64,000 nucleotides of DNA from Longimicrobiales bacterium (lineage in GTDB: Bacteria > Gemmatimonadota > Gemmatimonadetes > Longimicrobiales > Gaopeijiaceae): the NCBI GenBank assembly GCA_963422615.1, contig OY730414.1, positions 744,001 to 808,000 of the forward strand. Reading direction: 5' to 3'. Both the position numbers and the translations under genes were made by a program. Below are positions 37,315 to 46,949 of this stretch, one piece after another. Within the stretch, counting starts at the first letter, position 1. Every line of letters starts with the position of its first letter. The notes below the pieces were generated by a model. That model worked only from the letters and a program-made list of their open reading frames with translations, was not told the origin of the DNA and ran no database searches.

Positions 37315-38372
37315 AGTGCGGGCACGGGTTGAGGGCTCGCCCTCCACGGCGCTGGAGGGATCAATTCCCCGTCGGGAGATGGGCGGCCTTCTTCGGAACC
37401 CTGGCCCTTGCCGCTGCGCCGCCAGGACTTTGGGGGCAGAACACCCATATTCTTCTCGTTTCGGGACTTGGGGGTGCGCCCGAGTACGCCAGCGTTTTCC
37501 ACGGTTGGCTCAGCCGCTTCGCCGATGCCGCCTCGGAGAAGTACGGGGTTCCCGGCGACCGGATCGTATACCTGGGAGAGAACACCGAGCTTGATCCCAC
37601 GCGCATTCGCGCTCGATCAACGGCGGCCAATATCCGGTCGGCCTTCGGGGAGTTGTCCTTGACCATGGCACCGGAGGACGAACTCGTCGTCCTCCTGGCC
37701 GGCCACGGAACCTTCCACAACAACGAGGCCCGCTTCAACATCCCGGGCCCGGATGTGACGCCCGCCGGCATGAGGGACCTATTGGCGGAACTGGGGAGCC
37801 GGCGAATCACCTTCGTCAACACGGCGAGCGCGTCGGGTCCCTTCGTGGAGGCGCTATCGGGTCCGAACCGGACCATCATTACCGCTACCCGAAGTGGCCG
37901 GGAGCGAAACCTGACCCGCTTTGGCCTGTACTTCGTGGACGCGTTTGCCGGTGACGACGCCGATGCCGATCGGGATTCCCGGGTGTCCATGCTGGAAGCG
38001 TTCGGCTACGCTCGGCGGGAGGTGGAGCGGGAATACGAGGGAGATAACCGCTTGCTCACCGAGCACGCCATGCTTGACGACAACGGGGATGGAGAGGGCA
38101 GCCGGGAGATGGACACTGCCGCGGGGGACGGCGCCCTGGCCCGTACGGTCTTCCTGGTTTCCGCCGACGCGGGGAACGCAAACGGCCAGGCTGCCGCCCC
38201 GGCGCTTCGGCGGCTCTACGAGGAAAAGGCGGCCATTGAGGCCCGGATCGAGGTGCTCCGGGGGGTCAAGGAGCAAATGTCCCGGACCCGGTACGAAGAC
38301 GAGCTGGAGGAACTGCTGGTGGAGCTGGCATTGAAGAACCGTGAGATCCGAGCGGCTGGGGGGTCGGGTTGA
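37311..38372 (+). CDS. Caspase/legumain-fold (C13/C14-like) exported protein
   Basis: 'VVLLAGHG' His motif, 'FVNTASASG' at the Cys position, 'IITAT', EF-hand-like 'DADRDSRVS', C-terminal coiled coil. Confidence 0.6.
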   Translation: MKCGHGLRARPPRRWRDQFPVGRWAAFFGTLALAAAPPGLWGQNTHILLVSGLGGAPEYASVFHGWLSRFADAASEKYGVPGDRIVYLGENTELDPTRIRARSTAANIRSAFGELSLTMAPEDELVVLLAGHGTFHNNEARFNIPGPDVTPAGMRDLLAELGSRRITFVNTASASGPFVEALSGPNRTIITATRSGRERNLTRFGLYFVDAFAGDDADADRDSRVSMLEAFGYARREVEREYEGDNRLLTEHAMLDDNGDGEGSREMDTAAGDGALARTVFLVSADAGNANGQAAAPALRRLYEEKAAIEARIEVLRGVKEQMSRTRYEDELEELLVELALKNREIRAAGGSG

Positions 38373-41173
38373 TGGATTCGCTCTGCTGTTTCGGTCGGGT
38401 GGTCAGGGGTGCGGGGTTCACGCAGGTCCGAAACGGTGAAACGGGGGAGGCCGCCGGGTTGCGAGGGTTTGGGCCCGGGAGGACCCGCCGGGTGGCCTCC
38501 GTTGTGTGTTGGCTCGTTGCGGGAATCGTGCTGGGTGCAGGCGTGCCCTGCGGTGCCGGGGCCACTTTCCAGACCGGGGGGGATGTTGACGCGGGCTACG
38601 AGGCCCTCAGGGCCGGCAACTATGCCGGCGCCGTCCGCATCTTTCGCCCGCTTGCCCGGAAGGGTAGCCCCGCCGGCCTATCCGGCTGGGTCGGAGCCCT
38701 GCGCGAAACCGGCGACTACGAAGGCGCGGTGAGGGCTGCGGAGGGTGGAGTGGAACGCGGTACGGCAGGGGCCCGGGCCCACCTGGGCGCCAGCCTTCTG
38801 GAGCTCGGCCGCATTGATGAGGCCCGTACGGCGCTGGAAGCCGGAGCCCGGGAGCCCGGTTTGGCCGGTGCCCTGGCTCGGGTCAAGCTCGGGATCCTGG
38901 AATATCGGTACGGCGACCGGTCGACGGCCCGCACCCTTTTTCGTGGTTTTATCGATTCCTACAACGAAGCCGGGAGCCTCTCCGCCGCCGAACTGACCCT
39001 CGTGGGGCGCGCCCTTGTGCACCTCTCCCGTTGGAACTACGCGTATGCTCACGATGCCCTTCGGGTCTTGCATGAAGCAGAGGCGGCAGGACCTCCAGAC
39101 CATACCGCTCGGCTCGCCACCGCCGAGCTTTTTTTGGAGCGCTACGACGCGAACCAGGCATCTCGGACCTTTCGCGGCATCCTGGCCGAAAACCCGTTTC
39201 ATGGACGCGCCCACTTCGGCTTGGCCCGGGTGTCCCGGTTGGAAGGCGGCGGCGATTCGGCGATGCTCTTGGCGGCTGCTCTCGATGTCAACCCGAACCT
39301 GGTCGCTGCCCGGAATCTTCTTGCCCGTATCCGCCTCATGAACGGCGACCGAGCCGGGGCGCTACAGGAAGTGGGCCGGGCGCTGGAAGTCAACGGGAGC
39401 GATCTGGAAGCCCTGGGTACCAAGGCGGCGATTCATCATCTGGAAGGCGAGATCGAAGATTTTGCCGCGGTCATGGAACGCATTCGGGGCTTGGCGCCCG
39501 CGCCCACGCGTCCTCTTGTGGTTCTCGCCGAGCTGAGCGCCGACCACCGCAAATACCAAGAGGCCCTCGACTTCGCCGTCGCCGCGGCCACCACCGATTC
39601 CACCAGCTGGGCGGGATGGGGCTTGGCGGGGCTGAATCTGGTTCGCCTGGGCCGGGTGAAAGAGGGTCGAGAGCACTTGGAGCGAGCCTTCGCCGGAGAC
39701 CCCTTCAACCTCTGGTTCAAGAACACGCTGGACCTCCTGGACACCTTTTCCGAATATCGCGTGGTCCGTACCGAGCACTTCGAACTCGTTTTGCACGAGT
39801 CGGAGGCCGACCTGCTGGCACCCTACGTGGAACCGGTTGCCGAGCGGGCTTTTCGAGAGATGTCCCGGCGGTACGGCTACACGCCCCCCGGTCCCATACG
39901 GGTGGAAGTCTACCCGCGCCACGCCGACTTCTCGGTCCGCACCATCGGCTTGGCAGGGATCGGTGCCCTGGGCGTGAGCTTCGGCCCGGCCCTGGCCATG
40001 GATTCGCCCGCGGCCCGGAGTCGCGGCGACTTCAACTGGGCGTCCACCCTGTGGCACGAGATTGCCCACTCCTTTCACATGGGCGCTTCGGACAACGAAG
40101 TGCCCCGGTGGTTTTCCGAGGGGCTGGCCGTCCACGAGCAGCGGAAGGGGAACCCTTCCTGGGGCCACCAAGCCAGCATCGGCTTCGTCCGGTCGCTGGC
40201 GTCCGGGGGGCTGCGGCCGGTCAGTGAGCTGGACCGGGGCTTCTCCAGTCCGCGTCACCCCGAGGAGGTGGTCCACAGCTACTACCAGGCCTCCCTGGTC
40301 TTCGAGGTCATCGAAGAACGCTTCGGCTTTCCGGCCATCTTGGATATGCTCCTGGCGTACCGGGACGGCGCGACCGATGAAGAAGCCTTTGAGGGCGTGC
40401 TCAATGTCCCTCTGCAAGACTTCGATGCCGAATTCGAGGAGTACCTGAAGGATCGCTTCAAGTTGGCGCTGGCATCCGTGGGGAAGGAATCGCCGGAAGA
40501 ACCGCCCGGGAATCTGGTAGAAGCCAGAGCGGCCGTTGCGCGAAATCCCGGAAGTTTCGTGTCCCGCATGGCTCTGGGCCGGACCCTATTCGAGGCTGGC
40601 CAGGCCGCCGATGCCGAAGAGAACTTCGACGCTGCGGATGCACACCTCCGGAGTGCGGAGAGGCACTTTGAAGCCGCACTCCAGCTCTTTCCGGACTACG
40701 GCGGCTCCGAAGGTCCCCACTGGTTTCTGGGCCAGATCCGCCAGCGAGAAGGCGACGAGCGGGCGGCGGCCCGTCACTACCGCGCGCTTCTGCGCTTGAA
40801 CGAGAACCACTACGACGGTCGAGGTGCCCTTGCCGAGCTGCTGATCGCGACCGGAGACACCGTCGGTGCCGCCGAAGTGCTCCGCCAGGCGGTCTATATC
40901 CATCCTTACGAGATCAAGGATCACGAACGCTTGGCGGAGCTTCTGGAGTGGGCGGACGACTTGGAAGGTGCGGCTGCCGAACGGCGGGCGGTGCTGGCGC
41001 TTGATCCCGTGGACCGAGCCCGGGCCCACTTCCGCCTTGCTGCGGTGCTTCACCGGAACGGAGATCGATCGGCGGCCCGAAGCGCCGTACTCGCGGCGCT
41101 GGAGTTGGCGCCGAACTACGAAGCGGCCCTGAATCTGCTTCTGGAAATTCGGCGGGACGGGAACGACAAATGA
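38369..41173 (+). CDS. TPR-repeat protein with peptidase MA-like (gluzincin) domain
   Basis: Many TPR-like helices; 'LWHEIAHSFH' HExxH followed by 'PRWFSEGLA'; start uncertain. Confidence 0.85.
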   Translation: MMDSLCCFGRVVRGAGFTQVRNGETGEAAGLRGFGPGRTRRVASVVCWLVAGIVLGAGVPCGAGATFQTGGDVDAGYEALRAGNYAGAVRIFRPLARKGSPAGLSGWVGALRETGDYEGAVRAAEGGVERGTAGARAHLGASLLELGRIDEARTALEAGAREPGLAGALARVKLGILEYRYGDRSTARTLFRGFIDSYNEAGSLSAAELTLVGRALVHLSRWNYAYAHDALRVLHEAEAAGPPDHTARLATAELFLERYDANQASRTFRGILAENPFHGRAHFGLARVSRLEGGGDSAMLLAAALDVNPNLVAARNLLARIRLMNGDRAGALQEVGRALEVNGSDLEALGTKAAIHHLEGEIEDFAAVMERIRGLAPAPTRPLVVLAELSADHRKYQEALDFAVAAATTDSTSWAGWGLAGLNLVRLGRVKEGREHLERAFAGDPFNLWFKNTLDLLDTFSEYRVVRTEHFELVLHESEADLLAPYVEPVAERAFREMSRRYGYTPPGPIRVEVYPRHADFSVRTIGLAGIGALGVSFGPALAMDSPAARSRGDFNWASTLWHEIAHSFHMGASDNEVPRWFSEGLAVHEQRKGNPSWGHQASIGFVRSLASGGLRPVSELDRGFSSPRHPEEVVHSYYQASLVFEVIEERFGFPAILDMLLAYRDGATDEEAFEGVLNVPLQDFDAEFEEYLKDRFKLALASVGKESPEEPPGNLVEARAAVARNPGSFVSRMALGRTLFEAGQAADAEENFDAADAHLRSAERHFEAALQLFPDYGGSEGPHWFLGQIRQREGDERAAARHYRALLRLNENHYDGRGALAELLIATGDTVGAAEVLRQAVYIHPYEIKDHERLAELLEWADDLEGAAAERRAVLALDPVDRARAHFRLAAVLHRNGDRSAARSAVLAALELAPNYEAALNLLLEIRRDGNDK

Positions 41174-42177
41174 CGCGTCGAGGTCTTGTTGGCTCCGGAG
41201 TCGTGGCCGTGGCCCTGGGGGTTATTTCGGGCCCGGGAGGGTCCCACGCCGGACCCGGGGATTACGGCCCCGGGGGTTCCGTCGGGCTCCCGTCCCTGTC
41301 GGCGTCCAGCTCCGGGACCAGCATCGCCGGGGTTGGGGACACCGCCCTTGGCGACACTCCGCCACCGGAAGGGAAGGCGATCCTGAGCTCCGGGATACCG
41401 GGGCTCCCCAACATCTCCCGCTCTGTCAGCAGCGGAACCCCTGCATCGCCCGGAGTTTCTTTCGAAACGGCCCGGATGGGTTCTCCCGGGCAAGAGTTCG
41501 GAAATGTCCCCTACGACGGGGCATACACCTTCGTTCGCGTGCGCTTCAACATGGGCGGCCGGAGGATGGGAGGTCGAGGTTTCGGTCGAGGCGGCGGTCC
41601 GCCCTGGGCTCATGACTTCCCCTTTGCTGACAACAACTTTGTGCAAATTTTGGACGAGGTGACGCTTCTGGGTCCCCAAACCGGAGGCACCAATGTGATG
41701 GACGCTGACAGCCCGGAGCTCCACCGCTATCCCGTCGCCTACATTTCGGAGCCGGGCTATTGGTCCCCCACTCGGGCCGAGATCGACAACGTGGCGGCGT
41801 ATCTGCAAAAGGGTGGTTTCCTGATTCTGGATGACTTTCGAGGGGCCGGGGAGTGGAACCAGGTGGAGGCGATCTTCAATGCGATTCTTCCCGGTCACCG
41901 CTTCCGCCAGCTGACCGTCGAAGAACCCATATTTAACTCCTTCTTCGAGATTGAGTCCCTGGACTTTTCGCCCCCAACGTTTCGGCAGTACACCCCCTAC
42001 TTCCTGGGTATCCACGAAGGCGACGACCCTTCGAACCGGCTTCTTGTCATCGCCAACTTCAACAACGACATCGGGGATTACTGGGAATACTCGGATCTCG
42101 GCTACTTCCCCATCGACCTCTCCAATGAGGCGTACAAGGTGGGAGTCAACTACATCATATACGCGCTCACCCGGTAG
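41170..42177 (+). CDS. DUF4159 domain protein (second copy)
   Basis: 'WAHDFPFAD', 'YLQKGGFLILDDF', 'NNDIGDYWE', 'GVNYIIYALT'. Confidence 0.88.
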   Translation: MTRRGLVGSGVVAVALGVISGPGGSHAGPGDYGPGGSVGLPSLSASSSGTSIAGVGDTALGDTPPPEGKAILSSGIPGLPNISRSVSSGTPASPGVSFETARMGSPGQEFGNVPYDGAYTFVRVRFNMGGRRMGGRGFGRGGGPPWAHDFPFADNNFVQILDEVTLLGPQTGGTNVMDADSPELHRYPVAYISEPGYWSPTRAEIDNVAAYLQKGGFLILDDFRGAGEWNQVEAIFNAILPGHRFRQLTVEEPIFNSFFEIESLDFSPPTFRQYTPYFLGIHEGDDPSNRLLVIANFNNDIGDYWEYSDLGYFPIDLSNEAYKVGVNYIIYALTR

Positions 42178-42360
42178 AGGGCGAAGGCAGGCAACGCCAG
42201 CTGACCCCATGATCCTCCCGCGCCCAATGACGGCAAGCTGGCTTTCGCCGAGCTGGACTGGTTGTGGGATGCCTAGGGCACCGATTGCGATGACTTCGCG
42301 CGCCCTTATCCCCCCCGGTATGTCAGCTCAAACATCCTCTTTCCAAGGCCAGCCCTGAAG

Positions 42361-42717
42361 GTTACCGGGGATTTTGGACCGACCATCCGGAGCATTCGGG
42401 AGGGCCTTCGCCGGGACGACCCGCGTTTTTCGGTGCGCCAGGTTGCCGGGCGAGTCGGCATTGAACCGGCCTATGTGAGCAAGATCGAGCGTGGCAAGGT
42501 GGCTCCGCCCTCGGAAGCCACGACGATTCGCCTCGCGAGAGTGCTGGGCCAGGAACCGGATGTGTTGCTGGCGCTTGCCGGCAAGGTATCGACCGATCTA
42601 CAAGCGATTATCCGCAAGCGACCGCGCCTGTTCGCGGACCTGATCCGTCAGTTGAGGGAAGCGCCCGACGAAGCAGTTCTTCGCATCGTCCGAGAGGTTC
42701 GCGAAGGCAATTGGTAG
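42361..42717 (+). CDS. XRE-family HTH regulator, canonical start codon apparently missing
   Basis: In-frame 'DFGPTIRSIREGLRRDDPRFSVRQVAGRVGIEPAYVSKIERG' extends upstream of GTG 42433; no ATG/GTG/TTG between the in-frame TAG at 42274 and helix 1 (only CTG 42355). Confidence 0.75.
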   Translation, partial: VTGDFGPTIRSIREGLRRDDPRFSVRQVAGRVGIEPAYVSKIERGKVAPPSEATTIRLARVLGQEPDVLLALAGKVSTDLQAIIRKRPRLFADLIRQLREAPDEAVLRIVREVREGNW

Positions 42718-42749
42718 GGAATCCATCCACAACATAAGGACCACACGAA

Positions 42750-43260
42750 ATGATCATCCTTGACAACAACCGACTGCAGTTCCGCTTTCCCGAGGTCATG
42801 CGTCAGCTCGCTGCGAAATACACTTCCAGCGCACCCTGCGCATTCCTGACGACGGCCGGAACTATCCCCTGCCACCGGGCCTAGGCGCGTTTCTGCTGCG
42901 CCATCTGGACGACTACGCCGCCCGGTTGCCGACCCCCTGGCGTCGGAGCGGGGTGTGATCGCGCCGATGCATCAGGCGGAGGCACTGTGGATCGCCTTCA
43001 AGTCGTTGTCAGTAGGGCCGGGACGGTTTGGAACGAATCGTCGTTATCCGTTCGCCGTGAAAGTTGCGACCGGCAAGATATGCGCAATCACCGTCGATAC
43101 ATGGGTCGAGTATCTGAACGACGGTCAAGGAACAGCTGACCGGTGCCGAGACCCACGGCGGCTTGCAATTGCTCGCATAACCCCATGAAGGCCGAGCGCT
43201 ACGAGTCGCTGGTGGAGCGGCGACGTAATGGGATGGGGCGACCTGATGGAATGGTGTGAG
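42750..43260 (+). pseudogene. Frameshifted remnant of a conserved hypothetical protein ('FQRTLRIPDD..YPLPPGLG' family)
   Basis: AAGGA RBS + ATG 42750 'MIILDNNRLQFRFPEV', shift to 'FQRTLRIPDDGRNYPLPPGLGAF', shift to 'VIAPMHQAEALWIAF...PFAVKVATGKICAIT', shift to 'KEQLTGAETHGGLQLLA*', then 'PMKAERYE'. Confidence 0.78.
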
Positions 43261-43389
43261 CCGCGGCCAGTTGTTCCCTTGGGGAAACGCCGTCCGGTTC
43301 GGGAGGGGATAAGGACGATGGTGCCTAGGCTGGTAGGGTTCGGGCCCCGTTGGGACGGCGGACCGTTGACGGTTCCCGGGTTTGCAGGC

Positions 43390-44337
43390 TCAAAGGGGTA
43401 AGTGCGGACCGATGTAGCCGATTTCGACGTTGTGGGATTCAGGGCTGAAACGAAGATGGATTCGGCCGCTGCCGCCGAAGCGGGCGTGCCACGCGAACAA
43501 TTTCCGTGCGCACAGACAGGATCGGAATCGTCGCGTCTCCCGGAGCGCTGGGTTGCTCATCACGGTCTGGCTTTCCGGGGTCACCTTTGTCTTCCAGCTA
43601 GGCGCCGGACCGCCGTCACGGCGCCATTCCCGGGCCGATTGGTCAATGGCGGCGAGCTTCCCGACGATGACGTCAAGCAGATTTGCGGATTCCATGAGGT
43701 TGTCTTGGACGCCCGGCCCGAAGGAAAGATCCGGGAAAGCTGTTTCGCGGTTTTCCCACAGCGTCGTGGGGTCATTGCCCACGGATCGTCGTAGCCGTTC
43801 TCGGTGCCGATCGCGGATGGGAGCGGCGTGCGCGGCACGGGTGAGCTGATCAATCTCTTCGGACGTTGGATGGATCGTTGCATCAGGCAGAAGTTCGTCG
43901 AAATGAACCGTTACTCGATCGCGGTTCCATTCCGGCGAAGAAGGAAACCCGATGGCGATTCCGTCCGTGATCGCGCAGAAGACGAGGGGCTCGCCATCGG
44001 GTGGGGTCAGTGTCCGCGCCTCGCAAGCAAGGAAACGGTCCCTGACGTTTTCGCCCACTTCGCTCAGGAGCGGAACCTTGGCGGCCAGTCGCATCAGGAA
44101 CAGATATTCTTCGCGGTGGCTTTGTGCGCGTAGTTGCTGGATGGCGTCGAATAACGAGTACCCGGGCAGACACGGTGTGTTGGAGAGTCCACGCGCTATC
44201 CGTAAATTTTTCTGGACGATTTGGTAGTGAACCAACTCGGCCATTCCGACCGTGAGGTCCTTGAGCCATCGGGTTACGGAATCACGATCCGATTTCGGCG
44301 CGCAAACACTTGCGTGGTTGAGGACCATTTCGCGCAT
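43390..44337 (-). CDS. Putative defence effector (NsnC-like position), possible C-terminal RelE-like nuclease domain
   Basis: ATG 1 nt after ATPase stop; C-terminus 'ESQTVMSNPALRETRRF...WHARFGGSGRIHLRF...IGYIGPHL'. Confidence 0.6.
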   Translation of the reverse strand: MREMVLNHASVCAPKSDRDSVTRWLKDLTVGMAELVHYQIVQKNLRIARGLSNTPCLPGYSLFDAIQQLRAQSHREEYLFLMRLAAKVPLLSEVGENVRDRFLACEARTLTPPDGEPLVFCAITDGIAIGFPSSPEWNRDRVTVHFDELLPDATIHPTSEEIDQLTRAAHAAPIRDRHRERLRRSVGNDPTTLWENRETAFPDLSFGPGVQDNLMESANLLDVIVGKLAAIDQSAREWRRDGGPAPSWKTKVTPESQTVMSNPALRETRRFRSCLCARKLFAWHARFGGSGRIHLRFSPESHNVEIGYIGPHLPL

Positions 44338-44338
44338 G

Positions 44339-45454
44339 TCAGGTCTTCGACGCGAGCAGCCTCGCCAGATTCTCCTCGTGCTGATCGAAGAACCCCGCCG
44401 GCCAGTGTGAGAGACGGCCATCGGCATCGATTCGCGGGGAGGACACGGTCGTTTTGATGCCGTCGTTCTCGAAGTAGTGAAGTTCGATTTGATCCGGTGG
44501 AATCAGTCCATCTCGAACCGCGATGCGCAGGCCGTCGAGGAAATGGTCGCTGTGGGTTTCGGCAATGACTTGGACCCCGGCCTTGGCAGCCCGCACTGAC
44601 AGCTCGGCCAGCCTGGTCTGGCCACGGGGATGCAAATGGGCTTCGGGATTCTCGATCATGCAAAGGGTACCAGGGGGCATCAACAGACCTGCCAAGACGG
44701 GCAGGGTATAGGAAAGGCCGAAACCGACGTTCGTTGCGCGGTAGCGCCGGCTCCCCACGTCCCCGGGCCGCTCGAAGGAGAACCCGGCGATGACCGCGTC
44801 CGCATCCCGGATCGCTTCCAGTTCGAGATGTACGCCGGGCGTCACTTCCTGAAGCCAGTGATCGACCACTCGAAGCAGTCGCCGGCTGGGAAGAGCCGGG
44901 CAGCGGGGGTCGGTCGGCGCCAAGGCCTCGTCCTGCCGAGCGTGGAGGTAGTTCCACGCATATTCACCTCGGGCCCCGAGACTTCGGTTGCGGGCGAGCA
45001 CTTCGGAGTGATCGTAGATCTTGCGAGGACCGATCCGCTCGGCGTTGATGTAGATCGCATCGCCGCCCAAAGGCGGGATATCCCACCACCGGGCTTCCCC
45101 GCCCTGCCGCTCCACCTGTTCGGCGCTCAACCGGTCGGCGTCTCTCGAGTAGGCGAAGGCCAGTCTGCAAGGCGCGGAGATGCCAAGAGCGTGGAGCTCG
45201 AATTCGACTGTTTCCGTCTCGGCGCCCTCAAAAAGCACATCCTGGCCGGTTCCGAGATCTGCGAGCTCACCGCCCAGAACCAGCCGTCCGTGTTCCAATT
45301 CGCCGGAGAGAGCTGATTGCCGCAACACGAGCAACGCTTGCAGGACGCTGCTCTTTCCCATTCCGTTCAGGCCGCAAAGGATAGTCAATGGTGCACAGGA
45401 CAGCTCCAGACTTTCGAAGCACTTGAAGTTCGTAAGCTTGATTCTCTGGAGCAT
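44339..45454 (-). CDS. ABC/OLD-type ATPase with DUF3696 (NsnB-like)
   Basis: 'LTNFKCF', Walker A 'GLNGMGKS', 'VGFGLSY', Walker B 'IENPEAHLHP', 'ETHSDH', DUF3696 end 'IDADGRLSHWPAGFFDQ'; TGATG overlap with DUF262 stop. Confidence 0.92.
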   Translation of the reverse strand: MLQRIKLTNFKCFESLELSCAPLTILCGLNGMGKSSVLQALLVLRQSALSGELEHGRLVLGGELADLGTGQDVLFEGAETETVEFELHALGISAPCRLAFAYSRDADRLSAEQVERQGGEARWWDIPPLGGDAIYINAERIGPRKIYDHSEVLARNRSLGARGEYAWNYLHARQDEALAPTDPRCPALPSRRLLRVVDHWLQEVTPGVHLELEAIRDADAVIAGFSFERPGDVGSRRYRATNVGFGLSYTLPVLAGLLMPPGTLCMIENPEAHLHPRGQTRLAELSVRAAKAGVQVIAETHSDHFLDGLRIAVRDGLIPPDQIELHYFENDGIKTTVSSPRIDADGRLSHWPAGFFDQHEENLARLLASKT

Positions 45455-46590
45455 CACAGGCACCTTTCAATAAGTTCATCGATCTCCCGAAAACGGGTAC
45501 GAACCCGAGCTGGGGTTCCGGTGGATGTGGAGATGGCGTCGTGAAATTCACTACTGCTATTCATCAATTGAATAAATCCCGAACAAACCTTGCTCTTGTT
45601 CTTAACAAGAATCTGAATCTGGTCATCGGACCGGCGCGCCAGGCCAACCGACCACGCCTCGAAGAGCGCCTTGTTGATCCGACGTTTCCCGTCTCCCGAA
45701 CGGTATCTCTTACGAAAGGCATAGGTGCCAAACATGTTCCAGGAAGCACGCATGGCCTTCTCAAAATCGTATGACAGATTCGCACGCTGATCCGCGGTCA
45801 TCCGATTGATCGTCGTCATCGCACGTGAAAGATGACCATCAAGGTCATTGACTGAATATTGTTCCCATCGATCAATATGAAACGCGAGAAACCGGAGCAC
45901 GCACTCTCGATCGGCCATGCGATGTGGTTTGACCGATTTGTCGGTTGCCTTCAAGAACGCTTGGTCTTCTGCCAGCTCGCGAAGATAATCTCTCACCGGA
46001 CCCGGATGAAGCGCATGCCGAATCTCCTGTCCATTCAGGGCCATTCCCCCTGTGTTGATCCGTCGGAAGATGTTGAACATCACCTCTTCGGGAGTTCCTT
46101 GTTCTATGACGTTCACCACGAACTGCGTTTCCCGTATTCTCCTCTGCATCGGCCTCGGAAGTTCTTTGAAGAAGTTCCCATTCAGTCTGTCAAGGTATTC
46201 GAGCTGGGACAGACTGAATTGTCCATTCACGAAATCGAAGATCGTCGAGATCCGCTGAATCCCGTCTACGACGGACCACTTTTCGTTCTCATCTTCCGCG
46301 ACGTAGAAGACGGGGATCGGGATGCGCAGGAGGAGAGATTCGATCAGCCGACTCTTTCGCTGGTTGTTCCATATGCCAGCCATACGCTGAAACCCGGGCG
46401 CCAGATCGATCTCCGCATGTTCAATGCGCGAAATGATCTGGTCTACGACAACGTTGACGGTTCGGACCTTGATCTTGTTGGGATCGAAGGGCCTTCTTAT
46501 GGTGGCATTCTCGTCCTCTTTTTCTTCTTCAAGACCGCTATCGTGCTCTTCATCTACAACGGCGCTGGCTGTCGGACTCAATTCCGGCAT
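45454..46590 (-). CDS. DUF262 (ParB/Srx-like) domain protein (NsnA-like)
   Basis: 'PGFQR...W', 'LIESLLLRIPIP', 'VVDGIQR', 'IFRRINTGG..LNGQEIR'. Confidence 0.92.
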   Translation of the reverse strand: MPELSPTASAVVDEEHDSGLEEEKEDENATIRRPFDPNKIKVRTVNVVVDQIISRIEHAEIDLAPGFQRMAGIWNNQRKSRLIESLLLRIPIPVFYVAEDENEKWSVVDGIQRISTIFDFVNGQFSLSQLEYLDRLNGNFFKELPRPMQRRIRETQFVVNVIEQGTPEEVMFNIFRRINTGGMALNGQEIRHALHPGPVRDYLRELAEDQAFLKATDKSVKPHRMADRECVLRFLAFHIDRWEQYSVNDLDGHLSRAMTTINRMTADQRANLSYDFEKAMRASWNMFGTYAFRKRYRSGDGKRRINKALFEAWSVGLARRSDDQIQILVKNKSKVCSGFIQLMNSSSEFHDAISTSTGTPARVRTRFREIDELIERCL

Positions 46591-46949
46591 AGATGGACCT
46601 CATTTGTAATGCGGATTCCGGCCGGAACCCGCGCACTGGGGTTGGTGTGAGCGACGCGACTGAGTACGGCGTCCAGGGCAGCTTCAAAATCGGTCGGGGC
46701 CGAAGATCGGACCGTTCAAAAGGAATCGGACGAACCATAGCGGCGCGTACGCCGCCTGCAAGCTTCGCGATCGGCCGTTAGGAGTAGGCAATCTCATTCG
46801 GCGGCGCTTCACCGAAGGACTGGCCCCGAAGGCCCCCAGCTCCCCGTTGAGTCAATGCCCGGTCCATGGTTTCAGTGGCTTCATTCTCAATGATCAATGA
46901 CAAGATCAATGAATTTAGCTTAGCTTCGGAGCCATCGTCCGATCCCCGG

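Noticed and set aside
42750..42960. Programmed frameshifting in the FQRTLRIPDD-family gene
   Set aside because: Several independent lesions plus an in-frame stop and no slippery heptamer; pseudogene is more parsimonious
42178..46900. Island as IS, prophage or integrative element
   Set aside because: No transposase, integrase, tRNA, terminal inverted repeats or target-site duplication visible
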